Shown here in pieces: positions 26,081 to 27,389 of a stretch of 27,389 bases of DNA. Every line of letters begins with the position of its first letter. Within the stretch, counting starts at the first letter, position 1. The stretch spans positions 1 through 27,389 of the IMG/VR virus record IMGVR_UViG_3300048849_000185; one strand, 5' to 3'. The position numbers were made by a program, and so were the translations under genes. Below the pieces are notes generated by a model, which was not told the origin of the DNA, made no database searches, and worked only from the letters and a program-made list of their open reading frames with translations. The DNA comes from a virus (Duplodnaviria; Caudoviricetes).

Positions 26081-26113
26081 ATCAATAGCTATTTGCAATC
26101 GAAGGAGGCTGGC

Positions 26114-26890
26114 GTGAAAGCGCATACGGTGAAGTCGAATGCCAAGAGGGCCGCCCGCAAGCTGGCGGACGCATTCAAGTGGCGATGCCTTGAGGCCGCT
26201 GAGCCGGTGGCGGCTGATGGCGCGTGGCACCCTGCCGTGCAGATCATTGGCGCGAACAAGGACGACCCTGCCATCGGCCGTGAGATCGAAGAGTATGTCG
26301 CCGGTGAGGCCGTCATCCTTGGCCCGCCGGTGCCGACGTCGAGCGAGGCGCCCGGTCATACGGACTTGATGATTTCCCCGGAGGCGATTGAGGAAGCGTG
26401 CGACGCCTTCACCGCTGAGGATCTGGCGGCTATTGCGGGACACCCGGCCCCCGCCGTGAAGCCGGCGCCCGTCGCGCCGACCAAGCCCAAGCCCGCCGAC
26501 ATGCCCGCCAAGCCGAAACCCCTTGCCGGCGCGGGACTCATGTCCGCCATCCGCGCCATCCCGCCGACGCGATCGAGCGCGGAGGAAATCGACGCGCGGC
26601 GGGCAGAGCGTCGCGCCCGCGTCGAGGAAGAGAAGGCCGCCGGGACTCGGGACCGCTTCGGCAACAAGGTTGATCCTGAGAAGGTAGCGCGTGGCCCGTC
26701 GCGAGCGGCCATCATCGTCGCCCTTGTGTCGCAGCCTGGCGGCGCGTTGGTCGATGACATCCTCACCGCGACGGGTTGGCAGCGGCACACGCTGCGCGGC
26801 TACATCGCCGGCACCCTTCGCAAGCGCGGTCACGACATCCGGTCCGTCAAGGGCAAGCCCGCCCGGTATGTGATGGGAGGCTCGGCGTAG
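26114..26890 (+). CDS. DUF3489 domain protein (C-terminal wHTH-like), 258 aa
   Basis: AAGGAGG RBS before GTG 26114; C-terminal IVALVSQPGGALVDDILTATGWQRHTLRGYIAGTLRKRG matches the DUF3489 GWQ.HT.RG motif. Confidence 0.88.
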   Translation: MKAHTVKSNAKRAARKLADAFKWRCLEAAEPVAADGAWHPAVQIIGANKDDPAIGREIEEYVAGEAVILGPPVPTSSEAPGHTDLMISPEAIEEACDAFTAEDLAAIAGHPAPAVKPAPVAPTKPKPADMPAKPKPLAGAGLMSAIRAIPPTRSSAEEIDARRAERRARVEEEKAAGTRDRFGNKVDPEKVARGPSRAAIIVALVSQPGGALVDDILTATGWQRHTLRGYIAGTLRKRGHDIRSVKGKPARYVMGGSA

Positions 26891-26904
26891 CCGTGGCAGC
26901 GACG

Positions 26905-27180
26905 ATGACAAAAGACCAATATCGATTTCTGGAATTGCTCGCATCTCAACGTCCGCCGGAATGGTTCGGGTGGAAGCAGGCATCGGCGACTGGCAAGCTG
27001 TCGGCGGCTCACGGTCATCCTTCGCAGTGGACGCACTTCCAAGCGATGCGAGGAGGCGCTGATCCTGAACAGGCGACAATCACGAAGGCCGAACTGGCTT
27101 GGCTGACCGACGCTGGCTTCGTTGCATGTTGCCGTATCACCGAGGCCGGCCGTGCCGCCCTTGCTGCGGTGTCGGTATGA
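26905..27180 (+). CDS. Hypothetical protein, winged-helix-like (about 91 aa)
   Basis: MTKDQYRFLELL...LTDAGFV...RITEAGRAAL pattern; in-frame alternative GTG start at 26893. Confidence 0.65.
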   Translation: MTKDQYRFLELLASQRPPEWFGWKQASATGKLSAAHGHPSQWTHFQAMRGGADPEQATITKAELAWLTDAGFVACCRITEAGRAALAAVSV

Positions 27181-27389
27181 GCCGCCGCCTGTGGTGGCCG
27201 AACGCCACGACTGCCGCTCGCAAGGTCCAAGTCCGCGGCGCCATCGACATCGGTCTCAGCCGGAAGGAGACGGCGGTGCTCCTCGGGACGACGCGGCAGA
27301 ACATCGCCGACTTCGCCAACAAGAACGGCATCAGCTTCGATGAGCCCGCGGTCCGTGTGGCGCGTCCGGCCGGGGACAACGAGTTCGAG
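27177..27389 (+). CDS. HTH-containing protein, 3'-truncated by the window edge
   Basis: ATGA overlap with the upstream gene; open to the end of the window; GLSRKETAVLLGTTRQNIADFANKNGISF is HTH-like. Confidence 0.7.
   Translation, partial: MSRRLWWPNATTAARKVQVRGAIDIGLSRKETAVLLGTTRQNIADFANKNGISFDEPAVRVARPAGDNEFE

Larger units (their letters stand above)
1..27389. mobile_element. Prophage/temperate myovirus late region: lambda-like head plus P2-like contractile tail plus lysis cassette; ends lie outside the window
   Basis: Contiguous, co-oriented, tightly coupled terminase-portal-protease-capsid-baseplate-sheath-tube-tape measure-lysin genes from 26017 to 2026. No host housekeeping genes seen. 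Confidence 0.95.

Noticed and set aside
1-27389. tRNA, rRNA, CRISPR array, integrase or att site
   Set aside because: None recognised by eye; intergenic spaces are nearly all too short. A covariance-model search was not possible.

Overview
The whole window is the late (virion and lysis) half of a temperate phage or prophage, probably from a high-GC alphaproteobacterium (Rhizobiales-like; host inferred from protein style only). On the minus strand (26017 to 2026) a lambda-like packaging/head module (TerS, GpA-type TerL, gpW, lambda-family portal, S49 protease with a probable nested scaffold, decoration protein, gpE-family capsid, FII-like joining protein) is joined to a P2-like contractile tail (gpV, PAAR, gp25/W, J, I, DUF4815-like and Gly-rich fibre proteins, sheath, tube, E/E' with a -1 frameshift site, tape measure, U, X, D). 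A lysis cassette with a GH19-like endolysin follows. Plus-strand accessory genes flank it: two small hypotheticals and an AT-rich P-loop ATPase moron on the left, and a DUF3489 gene plus two small HTH-like genes on the right. Most notable: (1) the endolysin frame continues past a single in-frame TAG into a two-TM, holin-like tail that ends 2 nt before the next gene; (2) a GATGAC-N5-GCAA motif recurs upstream of terS, the sheath gene and the endolysin; (3) a PLA2-like His-Asp protein sits among the tail genes; (4) the ATPase moron is bracketed by a 13-bp direct repeat embedded in two hairpins. No integrase, repressor, att site, RNA gene or CRISPR array was seen. All family calls come from motif recognition and synteny, not from database searches.
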